This document shows, in pieces, positions 45,701 to 58,659 of a stretch of DNA of 64,000 bases. A program made the position numbers and the translations under genes. A model generated the notes under the pieces. The model searched no databases. It saw only the letters and a list, made by a program, of their open reading frames with translations, and was not told the origin of the DNA. Within the stretch, counting starts at the first letter, position 1; every line of letters starts with the position of its first letter. The stretch spans positions 62,001-126,000 of the forward strand of contig CP145424.1 of the NCBI GenBank assembly GCA_036867785.1, written 5' to 3'. This stretch comes from Plasmodiophora brassicae. Taxonomy: Eukaryota.

Positions 45701-47418
45701 TCGGTCATCGGGATGCCATCGACCTCGACGCTGCCCTCGACCGGGTCGTAGAACCGCTCGACGAGTTGCACGATGGTCGACTTGCCTGTGGGGGCGTGCG
45801 TGCGTCAGATCATCGTCCTTGGCCCAGGGGGACAGAGCGGACCCGATCCGGACGGGCCGACCAGGGCGACCGTCGTCCCCGGTTCAATCGTCAGCGACAC
45901 GCCGTTCAGGACGGGGACGTCGGGGCGCGCCGGGTACCGGAACGTGACGTCGCGCAGGGCGATACGCCCGAGGAACCCGCTCGTGCCGATCGGGCGGGCG
46001 GCCCGGCCGCACGAGTCGATCGGCGGGACGCGGTCGATCGTCTCGAACAGCTTGGCGCCGGCGCTCCTGCCCAGGGCGAACGCCTGCAGGTCGGGGGCGA
46101 TGTGCCCGAGCGCGAACGCCCCGATGATGACGGAGAAGAACACGTTGACGACTTTGCCTATGTACGTCGCTGGGTCAGCTGACAGCACAGCGCTGGAGCA
46201 CCCCCGCACCGCACCGGCATCGGTCTCGTGGTTGTCCAGCAGGATGTACCCGTAGTAGAACGCCAGCGAGTAGCAGCAGTACACGAGGAAGTACATGACG
46301 CCGAGGCCGACGCCGATGGCCGTCGCCTTCCTGATGCCCTGGGCGCGCGCCGCCTGGATCAGCGATCCGTACCGGGTCGACATGCGCGCCTGGGCGCCGA
46401 ACGCGGCGACGGTTCGCACGGCGGCGATCGTCTCCTCGGCGGTCGACCCGGCCGACGAGTACAGCGCCAGGATGCGCACCTGCAGGCGCCCGGCCAACAC
46501 GTTCATGACGCCGGCGCTGACAACGACGAACGGGATGACCTGTTCGCACCACCAAACGATCAGGCGCCCGGCGGTGCGTTGGCACACAGCACGTACCGTC
46601 ATCAGGATGAGCGTCAGCTTCCACGATTTGACGAACGCGATGACTAACAGCGGCACACGGTTCAGCGCGTCAACGCCAACGTGTGTGTGTGTGGGGGGTT
46701 CCCTTACCGAACCCGGACACGAACGTGGCGACCTGCGAGACGCAGAGCGGGACCTTGTCGCCGATGGCGTCCTGGATCAGCAGCGTGTCCGTCGTGATGC
46801 GGGTGGCGACCTCGCCGGCGCCGACCTTGTCGAACCAGGCAATGTCCTGGCGGAGGACGCCCTTCAGGTACCGCTGACGCGCCTCGTGCGCCTGCCGTTC
46901 GCTGGCGTAGACGAACGGCGCCATGTAGAAGTACGTGCAGACGAACGTCAGCGCTGTACGCGGCCGACGATCAGCAACCGGCAATGTGGAATCGGAGGGC
47001 GGCCCCCGACGTATACCTCCTAGGTAGAGGAAGTACAGGGTCTTGTCCGCCGTCTCCTGGGCGAGGTTGTCGGCCTGGGCGACAGTATGGCGCCCTTCGG
47101 TCGCCTGCCACACGGCCAGCGTGTTGAGGATGTCGCCGAACACGACCGTCATGTACGGGTACGCCGCCCCGGCAACGCAAGCGTTCGTGACGCCGAACGC
47201 CAGCAACAGCCGGTCGAACGTCGTGCTGTATCGGAACAGTTGCTGAGTAGGCGCCGGATACACCTCCCCCGTTAGCTGTGGCAAGGACGATGCGGTAGAC
47301 GTGTCGGCCGTACCTTGTAGCTGACCGGGACGGGCCCAGCAGCGCCCCTCCCGTCTCGCTGGGCAGGGGCGGCGCCTACCTCGACTGCGACGTGATCATG
47401 GTGCACTACGTCGGCCAT
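42701..47418 (-). CDS. Full-length ABCB (MDR/P-glycoprotein-type) transporter, multi-exon
   Basis: Two TMD-NBD halves: [35 protein letters not shown] and [11 protein letters not shown]; then [16 protein letters not shown] and [16 protein letters not shown]. Confidence 0.95.
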
Positions 47419-47580
47419 CAGGTCGTCGGAATGCGACGCTGGCAATAAACAACGGCAGTCACAGGATCAACCATCCCAGAGGCGGGTTACGCACAGAGTC
47501 GCCCAAAGGTCGCACCAGGCAGCGCCGGCGGTCGTGGAAAGCCATCATGCCGTTTACTAGGGGCGCCCATCTCGGTTCAC

Positions 47581-48250
47581 CTAGAATGGCAGATCGACGA
47601 CCGTGCCCGGGTCGCTCTTCAGCGCCGACTTCTGCTGCAGGACGGCGCGGAGGACATTCTCGACGTTGGTGAACGAGAACGGCCCGACGACCTGTTCGAA
47701 CACACCCACACACACGCGACTGAGACGGGCACACCCGCTTGCAATGCCGGGCGACGTACAACTGACGAGACCGGCCAATCCGGGCGACGGAACCGAACCT
47801 CGCTTCCAGCGTACCACACGAGAACCGATGGCGACCCCACTGGGCCGCGGGTTAGACGGCGCGTGTACCGGTTCCCAGCGCCCCCTACCGACGATATCCT
47901 TCGAGTGGCAGAACGTCCTCTGTGCACAGCGGTTCAGAAACGACGAGGCACGAGCGGCGCGGAGCGAATCCGGTTACGTCGTCGTCTTCGTCGACGAGGA
48001 GCAACGCGACCTGGTCGGCGAACAGCGTGCTGACGGCGTCGCACACCTGCCTGGTGCTGGCCACGCTGGCGTACAGCCACTGGACGCCCAGGCACGCGAC
48101 CACAACCCTAAGCAGGCTCCGTCAGTGGGTCCGTTCCCCTCCAAACAGTCTGCGCCTCGCGTACTTCCCGGTCAGGTCGGCTTTGGCGAACCTCAGCACG
48201 GTGTCCATGGATTCATGTCGGGCAATGCCCTCGTCGACCTGGTCGCCCAT
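47581..48250 (-). CDS. Hypothetical small spliced protein (about 140 aa), possibly a redox-inactive thioredoxin-like fold
   Basis: Exons can be joined through four canonical GT-AG introns into MGDQVDEG...GKVVVACLGVQWLYAS...VALLLVDEDD...VGSPSVLVWYAGSEV...VVGPFSFTNVENVLR...VDLPF*. No recognised motif. Confidence 0.5.
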
Positions 48251-48435
48251 CGCGCTTGGCGTCACAACTGAGGGGGGGTCGGCGGGACCTTCCACACCCC
48301 CGCCTCCGGATATTCGCCATGGGTCGATCACGGGCGCCAGATGGTCACGCGTCCACCTGGGCAGATTCCGCCGCTCCCTGCAACGTGATCGTATCGTGGT
48401 GCCAGCCGCGCTGAATCAGTGAACGACTGGAAACG

Positions 48436-49038
48436 ATGCCGCACGACAACGCCCCGCACCAGCGAGTGTACAGCGACCCGTCCGGGTCTCAGCCTGCACA
48501 GCCAAGTCAGACGTCACGTCGACCGCAGCGCAGCGGGCTGACATACCTCGTGCAGGAGAGCAGTCGACGACCAAGGCCATGAAGTTGCTGGGCGCACAGA
48601 ACCGGGCCGAGATCGCCAGGAGTCGAGGCCTGCGGAAGCTGGGCGTCAACGAGACCGACTACCAGCAGGGCCTTGCGGGTTGGGATCGCGCCGCTCGGGG
48701 TCGGACACGCCTGCGCGTGTGACAGATGATCTTTAGTGGTTAGGATCTTTGACGCGATGGAGTCCGCCCGGGAGATGACGTCGCTGATGGACGAGCGGGG
48801 CGTCGAGCATCGATCGTGCCCGGCAATGAAACCGTACCGGTTCATGGGCGTCGACAGCGACGACCTGGATGTGGACCGCATGCGGGCGCTGGCCGTTATC
48901 GGGCAGCAGCAGCAGCAGCACGACGACATCGCGCCTGCACACAGACGACCCCGTTCCGCGTCCTGCGATTCGGCGTGGCTCATGACCGTCCAGCGCTTGT
49001 CATGCTACACCTGCTCAGGGCAGCAGGAACCCAGGTGA
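48436..49038 (+). CDS. Hypothetical small spliced protein
   Basis: ATG at 48436; two GT-AG introns keep the frame (…KAMKLLGAQ…RGLRKLGVNE…KPYRFMGVDS…RALAVIGQ). No recognised family. Confidence 0.45.
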
Positions 49039-49155
49039 CCACGGCCCTATGCCCATTACACGCTCTACCTGTTGGGCCTACACCAGTAACTGTCGTCGCT
49101 GTCGGAAATGGGTCTGTAGTGGAATCGTGACGACAGGGGCGGGTGGGCATGCGCA

Positions 49156-50334
49156 TCATGCAGACGGCGCCTCGAACAGGGACGACATGAGGTCGGAGAT
49201 CATTCCGCCCGGGCCATTGCCGGCCACCTGCAGGTTGAAGTACGTGGCGCCGATGTGGTCGAGGTACTACAAGGACGGCAGTGAGGGAAGGCGCCGGGGA
49301 CGACGACGCGTGCGCACACATACGTTCTTGAACGATGCGTCTCTGTCGACGGACGCGGCGTACTTTGACCTGAGCATCTGGAACAGTGGGGACGCGTCAC
49401 GTCGCAGGGTTTCCAGCACTGTCGTGCACGTCAGTCGCTGCGGCGTTCCTCGTGGGGATGCGGACGCGAATAGTACGGAATTGGCAGAAGCGAATGAGGG
49501 GCGTGTCGAGACGGGACGCCCACCGGTCATCGTTGACGAGTTTGTCGAGGATGTGGCGCGCGCCCTCGAAGTTCTCCAGGCACAGGTACTGCAGGACAGC
49601 CCTGGCGACCAGAAGGTCCACCTCGCTGGGGAACACCTTCTCGGCCCATCGCGCCAGGACGGCACAGTGCCCGTCGTAGTCCCCCGATTTCACATGATGC
49701 TTGCTGGCGTCGCCATATTGCCCTGCGTCCGCGTAGTGCTCGGCCAGCGCCAGATGGAACGACGGTTCGCCGAGCGATGACTTCGACCCGTGCCCAATGG
49801 ACCACCTGGCGAAGGAGAGACGATTTAGCAAATGGGGAAGGAACCGGCGATCGTCGTACTTGATGGCAGACTTCATGAAGGAAACCTTGGCCTGCGGGTC
49901 CGAGTGAGCCCGGAACGTGTCGATGATGAGTTCTGAGGGGTACGCCGTTGAATCAGACAGGAGCACGGCGCGCCTGGTGTGTGTGTTGACCATGGGACAT
50001 ACGTTTGTAGTGGTCGTCCAGGGCGAGTTTGCCCTGGTCCAACAGCCGGACGACCTGGGCGGCCAGTTTGACGCCGGCCTGGCCCTGGTTCAACTGCAGG
50101 AGGCGTCTGGAGCCGTCGGCGGCGACCTGGATCGCATCCGCAAACCTGGCGGCGGTCGCATGCCGCGAACAGACGGTCGCGTATCTGCAGCGGTGGGGGA
50201 CGACGCGTCAGACGCGCGGCACGTGGGCCGGGGGCGCACGCGATACCGCACAACTGCTCGGCCTCGTAGTACTTCCCGTCGGCCATGTACGATTCGATCT
50301 TCGTCTCCAGGCGGCCCAGGCGCGATCCCGACAT
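49156..50334 (-). CDS. GET4: Golgi-to-ER traffic protein 4 (GET4/TRC35), spliced
   Basis: GKYYEAEQL, FMKSAIK|WS...LGEPSFH, EVDLLVARAVLQYLCL, TPLIRFCQF, FQMLRSKYAASVDRDASF and a C-terminal GGMISDLMSSLF. Confidence 0.9.
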
Positions 50335-50704
50335 GGCCACGAATCGGCGCACTCGGCGAGCCCCGTTGCGGTCGGTCTGCAGCGTCTGGCAATAATAGTC
50401 CGCCGGGGGGGCCCAGACCCACCCCAAAACAGTAGCGAACCATGCGGCGCCGGGGATTGCGCCCTCCCCACAACACGCGATCGCCTGTAATTGCGACATG
50501 TTAAGTCGTACGTCCTATATCATTCATGGCGAGGAACGCCCGGATTCTCATTCGACCACGTGCCCCGATCCGGTCCAACGTACCCCGGTACCAGGCGCAA
50601 GGGCGGCCAGTCGCGAGAAAGTCCGTGGCGGGGTGCGCAGGCGGCCAACACGCCACGGGGCACACAGCGCCATCCAGCGTTGCGTGCTTCCTGCCGCCAG
50701 CGCC

Positions 50705-51809
50705 ATGGCGATGAACGCGGCCGCCGTCTACGACCTGCACTGTCTCAGCGATGGTGATGACAACGTTGGCGACAGCAGCGTCGGCTCCTGCGATGCTGGC
50801 GGTGCTGATGTCTTGCCTGCACCTGTCGGCCTGATCCGGGCAGCAACTGCACCTGTTGGCAGCGGGGCAGAGTCGCCGGCGACGACGGCCACCCCGGAAT
50901 CATCCACGCTTCCCAGTCCAGGTGCATTTGTCGGTGCTGCTTCCCCAGATAGGACGTTTATACGTACATGCTCTGCATAGATTCGCCTGTCGTTGAGGAC
51001 GGTTCGCGGTCGCCCCGTGTCGTCGCAGCAGAGTCGACACCGTCGGTCACTCCTGGACGACTCGGCAATCGTCTTAGCAGAGGTACCCGAAGCGCCAGCC
51101 GCTCCTGCGACCGGCCGTCTGAACCGCCGCCTCCCTAGGTTCTGCGGGTCGTTATTTCTGCCCGATCGACATCACAGTCAAGTGTCACAATTGCAACGAG
51201 GTCGGGCACATGCGCGCGCAGTGCACCGCCGGGCGCCCGACTCTGCCCTGCTTCCTGTGCGGTCTGACGACACACAAGGCGAACCGCTGCCCGACGACAT
51301 CCGACAAGGCGGTCGCCATGTTCACGACCTGCTGGATCTGCGGCCAGGCCAAGCACCCGTACTTCAGGTGCTCGCGGGCCGACTCCGTTGACGCGAACCA
51401 TGCCCGCCTGCATTGCTACGTCTGTGGCGCGCATGGCCACATGAACTGCGGCAAGACCGCCGTCGCCGTCCAACGCCGGCCCTCGTGCTCGAACTGTGCC
51501 AGCACCGACCATGCGACACAGTCGTGCCGTCGTCCGGACGTCACCCAGAGCATCCACCGTAGCGACCTGCTCGGCTACGACATTCGTTCCGTCAAGCAGG
51601 AGGACCGGCGGTACAGCGACCGGGCGACGGTCGCCAAGCGGCACCGAACGGAACCGAAGATGAGGAAGCAGACCGAACCGAAGCGGGGGAAGCAGACCGA
51701 GCCGAAGCAGAAGGCGCACGTGGGCGGCAAGTTCAAGCGCAAGCGGCAACAGCAGCAGCAGCAGGGTTCGTCCAGCAAGACGACATCGAAGAAGAGGAGA
51801 CGCGAATGA
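50705..51809 (+). CDS. Multi zinc-knuckle (CCHC) protein, AIR1/2 / ZCCHC7-like, spliced
   Basis: GRYF followed by CHNCNEVGHMRAQC, CFLCGLTTHKANRC, CWICGQAKHPYFRC, CYVCGAHGHMNC and CSNCASTDHATQSC; Lys-rich tail with TEPK x3. Confidence 0.75.
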
Positions 51810-51834
51810 ACTGTTGCCCCCTGTGTCCCTGCGT

Positions 51835-53115
51835 TTACGTATTATGGGGCAGGATCCCGATGCGGTAGGCCTTGCTGACGACCCGTTCGACGACGTTCGT
51901 CACGGGATCCTGGACGCGAAACGCGGCAACCTCCGCGAACCGCATGACGACCGAACACGTGACCGTGGCCAGGTACGCGAACCAGCACACGACGAACCTG
52001 GCGGACACGTCGATGCAGGCGGCCAGGGCCAGGTCGGACGCGATCAGCAGGACGCCAAAGCACCCGCAACGTACGACGCGCCTGGCGAACCCCATGGCGG
52101 ACGCGTTCGCCGCGCCCGACTCCATCAAGATGCCGACCGTACGACGCCCATACCGGATGAAGAACCCGGACGCGACGGCGAGCAGCACAGCGCTGGCGTT
52201 GCCGAACACGCTGGCGGCCAGCAGCAGCGCCTGCTCGGCGTACTGCAGGAACAGGAACACCTGGTAGGCGACCAGGAACACTGTCAGCGTCGCTGGCAGG
52301 GCGCGGTCCCAGAGCAGGGATCGCTGCTGGCCCCAGGACGAACAATCGCGCAGGGTCAGCCCCAGCAGGGTCGTGGCCGCGATCGACAACGGCACGACGG
52401 TGCTGGACACGATCAGGTACGCGCCGTACGAGATGCATCGGAACGAGCAGACGACGATCGGCGCCATCCAGGACGTTTGCAGGAGCGACGCCGCCGCCTG
52501 CGTCGCCATGATAGCCATGACTTTCGCCGGCGCCTCCCTGGTCGAAACGATGTGCACCAGACGGGAGAAGCTGACCGTGAACAGGGCGACCTCGCCGAGC
52601 AACGGGATGCACCACAGGGCGCGCGACGCGCTCGACGCGATCACGTCAGTGGCGACCTCGCTCTCGGCCGTCGATAACGTGACGCGTTCCGCATTGGCGA
52701 CGTTCGAGCGCAGCGACGCGGACGACGCCGTCGTCAGGACGACGACGGGTACGCGACGGGCGTCGACGTAGGCGAGCCAGGAGAAGTAGGCGTTGGACGG
52801 CGCGTCGCAGTTGAGCACGACGACGGCCTGGCATTCGGGGCGGCCGGCGCAGACGCCCGTCCACGCCTGCGCGTTGTACGTCGCCGCGAAATCGACGAAC
52901 AGCAGGCTGCTGCTGCTGCTGCTGGAAGCGTCCACGTCGTCCCACACGCTCGCTGAGACGGTCCGCCCCGGGACGCTCACCGTGAACGTCGTGTTCCCGT
53001 GCGCCAGCGCCGTGCATGGCAGCGACAGGGTCGACCCGGTCGCCAGCTCCAGCACGACCTGCGCGCTCGAGCAGGCAGCGAGAACGACCAGCGCCGACGG
53101 CGTCGTTGTAAACAT
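51835..53115 (-). CDS. Signal peptide + extracellular domain + about seven TM helices (GPCR-like topology), intronless
   Basis: N-terminal ALVVLAACSSA; seven hydrophobic segments from LWCIPLLGEVALFTVSF to RFVVCWFAYLATVTCSVVM, counted by eye. Confidence 0.65.
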   Translation of the reverse strand: MFTTTPSALVVLAACSSAQVVLELATGSTLSLPCTALAHGNTTFTVSVPGRTVSASVWDDVDASSSSSSSLLFVDFAATYNAQAWTGVCAGRPECQAVVVLNCDAPSNAYFSWLAYVDARRVPVVVLTTASSASLRSNVANAERVTLSTAESEVATDVIASSASRALWCIPLLGEVALFTVSFSRLVHIVSTREAPAKVMAIMATQAAASLLQTSWMAPIVVCSFRCISYGAYLIVSSTVVPLSIAATTLLGLTLRDCSSWGQQRSLLWDRALPATLTVFLVAYQVFLFLQYAEQALLLAASVFGNASAVLLAVASGFFIRYGRRTVGILMESGAANASAMGFARRVVRCGCFGVLLIASDLALAACIDVSARFVVCWFAYLATVTCSVVMRFAEVAAFRVQDPVTNVVERVVSKAYRIGILPHNT

Positions 53116-53229
53116 CGTCGCCGGCTCTCACTGCTTACGCCACCATGGTTTGCTGCAGGGGAGGGAGGGGTACACCTCGACCCCGATCACCTACTGGACC
53201 TTCGATAATTCACCGCGTGGTGTACTGAA

Positions 53230-54052
53230 TCAGGCAACTCTTCGTCTCCGGCCGAATAGGGACGACAGCGAGCGGATCACGCTGTTGATCACCGACGGTG
53301 TCGCTGGCCGGGCCTGCACGCGTCGTTGCCGCCGAACGCCCGCGCCTTTGCCGGGCTTGGCGGCCTTCGACACCTTCCGGCACGGGGCCGGGCGCGACGC
53401 CAGGTTCCCGTCCTTGTACACGACCTGGTACGCGACGCCGCCCTTCATGATCAGGCCATTGCCGTGCTTCCGGTTGTTCAGCCACCCGCCGCAGTACTTC
53501 CTGCCGTCGGCAAACGTGAACCTGTGCGGCATCGGTCACGCGGGTGCCCGCCGGGGGGAGCGACTCGGGTCCCGCTGACTAACGTGCCATGGCCGGACAT
53601 GGAATTATCGACCCACTGGCCCGTGTACGAGCGCAGGCCGTCCGCGAACAGGTACGTCCCGTTCCCGTTCCGTCTACCATGCTCCCATTCCCTGTCGGCG
53701 ATCACGGCGGATAGGTTAGGCCGGCGAACGCCAAACGGCGAGTTAGTACGCTTGCGTACCCGAAATAGCGGTCGCTGTTCGGGTACGTGTGGCACCCGAA
53801 CCCATGCCGCTTCTCGCCGTCGAAATCGCCAACGTACGTCTCAATGCTATCCCCGCCACGTGCGAAGCAGCCGTGGACCGGCTCGCCGTTGTCCACCTCG
53901 CCGAAGAACAGATCGCCGTCGTCGAACACGACCAGATCCGACGACGCCCCGACGGCAGACCCGTCGTCCTTCCCGGCGCCGCCGCCGCCGCCGCCCTCCA
54001 GCTCGTCCGGAAGCGTCAGCAGGACCTCGTCGTCGCGCGGCTCGCTGCTCAT
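53230..54052 (-). CDS. MORN-repeat protein, spliced
   Basis: YVGDFDGEKRHGFGCHTYPNSDRYFG, WEHGRRNGNGTYLFADG, YTGQWVDNSMSGHG and YCGGWLNNRKHGNG. Confidence 0.88.
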
Positions 54053-54388
54053 CAGCGGACCGCCGCTCGCTCGGTCGCTCTCGAATATCAATACTATACG
54101 CACCTCGTCACAGCCGCGCGCAGAGCCCAGGCCCGTCGACCCCATTGCCGACTGAAACATGGGCCCGGCGACCGCGACAGATCATCAAAAACCGTGTCGC
54201 CCGCGTCAGCCATGCGCAGCGGGTGCAGCTCCCACGGGCAGCCCCGGTCGCGCAAAAATGTGTGCGCCAGTCAGTGCCTGCCCAAGCCGGATGCGCCCCG
54301 GGGCCGGGGGGCTGACTGACGCCGTTGGCGGCGGGCGGCGGAGTCATCACGATTTTGGCGTTGTTGGGTCGACTTGCGCCTCCCGTCG

Positions 54389-57300
54389 ATGCCGTTGTCG
54401 TTCCCGGCGGACAGCGGCGGCGGCGGCGATGGCGGCGACGGCGGCAGCGGCAGGGTGACACGCCGGTCGCTGCAGCGGTCGACGCGGTACTCGTCCGGTG
54501 GGAAGCCGCGCGTGTCGTACGAGGAGCCGCCCGACGAATGGTCGTCGGGCGACGATGACGGGCAGACAACGCCCGAGCCGAAGCGCAGGCGTGTCGCGTC
54601 GTCGTCGTCCAAGTCGGACAACAAGGAGAATTCGATTGTCAGGACGCGCATGAGTCGGTACAAGGTGGACGGGTTCGTGAACGGCAATCGGCGCTCCGTG
54701 AAGATCGTCGCGAATCGTCGCCATCGGGATGACGATGACGACGAGGAGCGCCAGTCGAGGTACCCGTTCCGACGTCGACATATGGGGGACGACGGCGACG
54801 TCCGCCAGGAGCAATCGTCCGCGGACGAACGCCAGGCCGAAGGCAACGACGCGGACGACAGCGACGATGTGCCCGTCCGCCGATCCACTCGCCGACGATT
54901 CTCTGTTGACCGATTCGAAAACGGGACGCCCATCTCCTCCCTGAGGTCGCTCCGATTGTCCGCTCGTCGCCAGCAGGACTCGCAGGTGACGCCACGCGTC
55001 TCTTCCTCACACGCTGTCAGCATCGCGTTACTCATGCCGTTGCAGGTGTTCGACGGGTATGGCGAATCGAATGGCTCGAAGCGGGCAGCGATGGCAGCGG
55101 CGCGGTCGGAACGCGCCCGCCGTCGTAGCGCGCTGCTCAGCGGGGAGAACGACGAGGACAAGAGCGACGACGACGATGAGGAGGAGGACGAGGAGAACGG
55201 CCTGATACTTCGCCGCAGCAGTCGCAATCGGCAGAAGGTCCAGAGGTTCCATCCAGCGCAGCAGGCGTCCAGCCTGCATAACGAACATTCGCGTCCGACG
55301 GTTCGCACTCGGTCGTCGCGGGCGCTGTACGCGCACGAAGTGGTCCGTTCGCGCAGGTACTACGACGCCGGCCCGGCGTCCGATCGGCGGCCGGGTCGGG
55401 CGCGGACCGTACCGAGGGCCGCCGCCTACGGTCAGGACGGCGACGACAATGAGTTCGACGACTCCGACTTTGGCGAGTCCATGACGACTGGGATCCACCC
55501 TACGGCCATGTTTGACATCGAGGACAAACGCAAGGCGTCGTCGACGTTCCTGGCGGACGTCGACCCGATGCAGGTCGACTCGGGCGTCAACTTTGAATCG
55601 ATCGGCGGCCTCGACGTCCATATCGACTCGCTGAAGGAAATGGTCGTTCTCCCGCTGCTGTACCCCGACCTCTTCAAGCGATTCAAAGTGCAACCGCCTA
55701 GGGGTCATCGTACGTTCCTCGCCTGGTTGTCGTCCATTCTGATGCGGTGTGTAGGCGTATTGTTCTTCGGGCCTCCCGGCACCGGCAAGACGTTGACCGC
55801 CAGGGCATTGGCGAATGCGTGCACAGCGAACGGGCAGAAGGTCACGTTCTTCATGCGTAAGGGTGCCGACTGCCTATCCAAATGGGTTGGCGAGGCCGAA
55901 AGGCAACTACGGCTTCTGTTCAAGGAGGCGTACGATAAGCGTCCGTCAATTATCTTCTTTGACGAGATCGACGGCCTTGCTCCGGTTCGGTCATCGCGCC
56001 AGGATCAGATCCATTCGTCCATCGTCTCGACGCTGCTCGCGCTGATGGATGGCCTTGATGATCGGGGCCAGGTCATCGTGATTGGCGCGACGAACAGAAT
56101 CGGTACCCTGGTCCCTGCACTGATTATATCGCACGTCGTTGCTGACACTGCCCCTGTCCAGATGCGATTGATCCTGCGCTCAGGAGGCCGGGCCGTTTCG
56201 ACCGCGAACTGAACTTTTCATTGCCATCGCATGACGCCCGCAGGAAGATCCTGGAAATCCATACCCGCCAATGGTACGGTAGTTCCACCCCCTGCTCGGA
56301 ACGCTGCGTTAAACGGGTTTGCAACCGCGCAGGGATCCCCCTCTCGACGCCGCCTTTGTCGACCGTATTGCGTCGCGTACTGCAGGATTCTGTGGAGCCG
56401 ACCTGAAGGCCCTGTGTACGGAGGCCTGCCTCGTGGCCATTCGTCGGCGTTACCCGCAGATTTATGCCTCCACTGCAAAGCTCGCTGTCGATGCTTCGTC
56501 TATTGTCGTGGACGACCAAGATTTCAGCGCTGCCTTGATGGGCATGACCCCTGCCAGTCACCGAACTGTCGCGTCGAATGCTCGACCCCTTCCCGCGGAG
56601 GTCATCCCATTGCTGCAACCCCAGCTGGATTCGATCCTGACGCGGCAACGATGCATTTTCCCCTTATCGGCGATCACGAACAGCATGCGTGCCCAGAAAC
56701 GCGGCCTGCCTAGGACGGACGGTTTGATCCCGCTGCGCCCTCGAATTCTCCTGCATGCGCCCCCTGGTTATGGACAATCGCATCTCGCCGCTGCTGTTCT
56801 TCATGCGCTGGAGGAGTTCCCCGTGTACTCGCTGGGCCTGCCGGCGCTCGTCGCCGATCCCCAAACGCAGACCCCTGAGGTGTGTCGTTGTTTCGCACAT
56901 GGATCGATCAAGATTGACAGAGTCGTCGTTGCAGGAGAGTTGCGTCCATGCGGTCACGGAGGCGAGGCGTTGCGCGCCATCGATACTCTACTGGCCACGT
57001 GCTGATACATGGTGGGAAACGGGGTCCTCCTCGCTGCAGACAACGCTCCTGATGCTTCTGGACGACATCCCGTCATCGTGTCCCGTCCTGGTTCTCGCTA
57101 CGGCCGACGCGCCTTGGCCCGACCTTCCCGATCAGGTCCAGGGGATCTTCAACAGGGCTCTCGCGACATCCATCGACTTGTCCTTGCCGACCGGTCCACA
57201 ACGTCGGGAGTACTTCTCCGTGCTTGGCGACAAGATTTGTATCCGCTCTCCGGAGCCCGACCAGCCGCCGCTGGAGCGGTTAGAGCCCCTACCGGTCGTG

Positions 57301-58302
57301 GAACCTGCCAAGTCGAGTCCGGGCGTGGAGCCGTCGACGTCGACTGATAACGAGCAGGAGAAATGCCTGCGAGCGCTGCGCCTGTTCCTGAGGGCGCTTA
57401 CAACGAGGTTAATGTCCGAATTCCGGGTACGAGCGCTGGCGGACATGTGTGGCCTGTTTCCTTTCTAACGCGTGCCCCACCGGTGGTGACAGGTGTTTGC
57501 GTTCTTTAGCGAGAGCAGTGTTCTGCATGGGGTCCAGTCCAGGAGCCTGGATGGTATCCGGATGGCGATCAACGACGGCGACGTCCTGTCCATTGACGAA
57601 TACCTCGCCGAGGTGGACCGCCTGGTCGTCGCCGTCCGCGCGTTCCAATCGCAACCTGATGGCGGCATCCGTCCGCCGGAGGCGCACAGCCTGGTGAACA
57701 AGGCGTGCCAACTTCAGGATTACGCCCTGGCCCGCGTTGCCAGTTTCAACCCTGAGACGGCTGCGAAGTGCCGATCCATCGCTATGGAAAGGCGGCGCGC
57801 TCAGGACGCCGCTCGTCAAGCCCAACGCCGGGCGCGCTCCACGGAACGACGCCTGGGCGACGACAACGACGACCACATCAGCCCGGAACGGGAGGCAGTA
57901 CCGGAACGGGTTCGCGACGATGAGGACCACGCCAGCGTCGACGAGGATGCTGTTTATGGCGATCAGGAACCGGACGCCCGTCCCGATGCGGTGGCGGTTG
58001 ATGAACCTGAAGCCCTGGTCGATGCCGTGAACGAGGACGAGCAGGGCATCATGGAGGTTGACGCTGCGACGGCAGCGCGGGCCCGTGCCGAGCGGGAATG
58101 GGTCGTCGACCACGTTCGAGTCCAGGCCCTGATCGACCGTCTGGTCGAGGTCACGGATGGGCAATCAGTCGACGAGCTGGAGATGACCCTGTTCCGCGTC
58201 AGCGCCATCGTCCAGCGGTATCGGGGCGAGCCCAGACGCGACGTTGTCGTCGACGACGTTGAGCGCGCCCTCGTGCACCTATTTAACACCAGCACTCATT
58301 GA
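54389..58302 (+). CDS. ATAD2: ATAD2/Yta7-type AAA+ ATPase histone chaperone, spliced
   Basis: Acidic N-terminus; [93 protein letters not shown]; second AAA domain RPRILL...[17 protein letters not shown] helix before a degenerate bromodomain. Confidence 0.95.
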
Positions 58303-58659
58303 GGAGGTTGCCATCCATACAGTCGTTGGGAGAATGTCATCGTTTGTAGTCCTGGCCACAGGCACCCGAAGGAGGAGAGCACTACCTGTGTAGCAGGTCA
58401 GACCCGATCTTCAGGCCGCACATCATGCCCTAGACAGGGGTTTCGCGCCGAACCAGGCCCGATACACACTCCAGAACCATTTCTACGATTCTGGAACGTT
58501 CCAGAGATTACTGGCGGGCGCGGTTTCGCTGGCCGTATACGAGCCAGGGGGGTCTCGTCAGTGACGTCCGTCCGCAGGGCATTGAACATATCGCACCCGC
58601 GGCAGGCGATTGCACGCCCGATAGTTGCCCGTTGTGGCACGGCCGTCGGCGTTCTGGCC

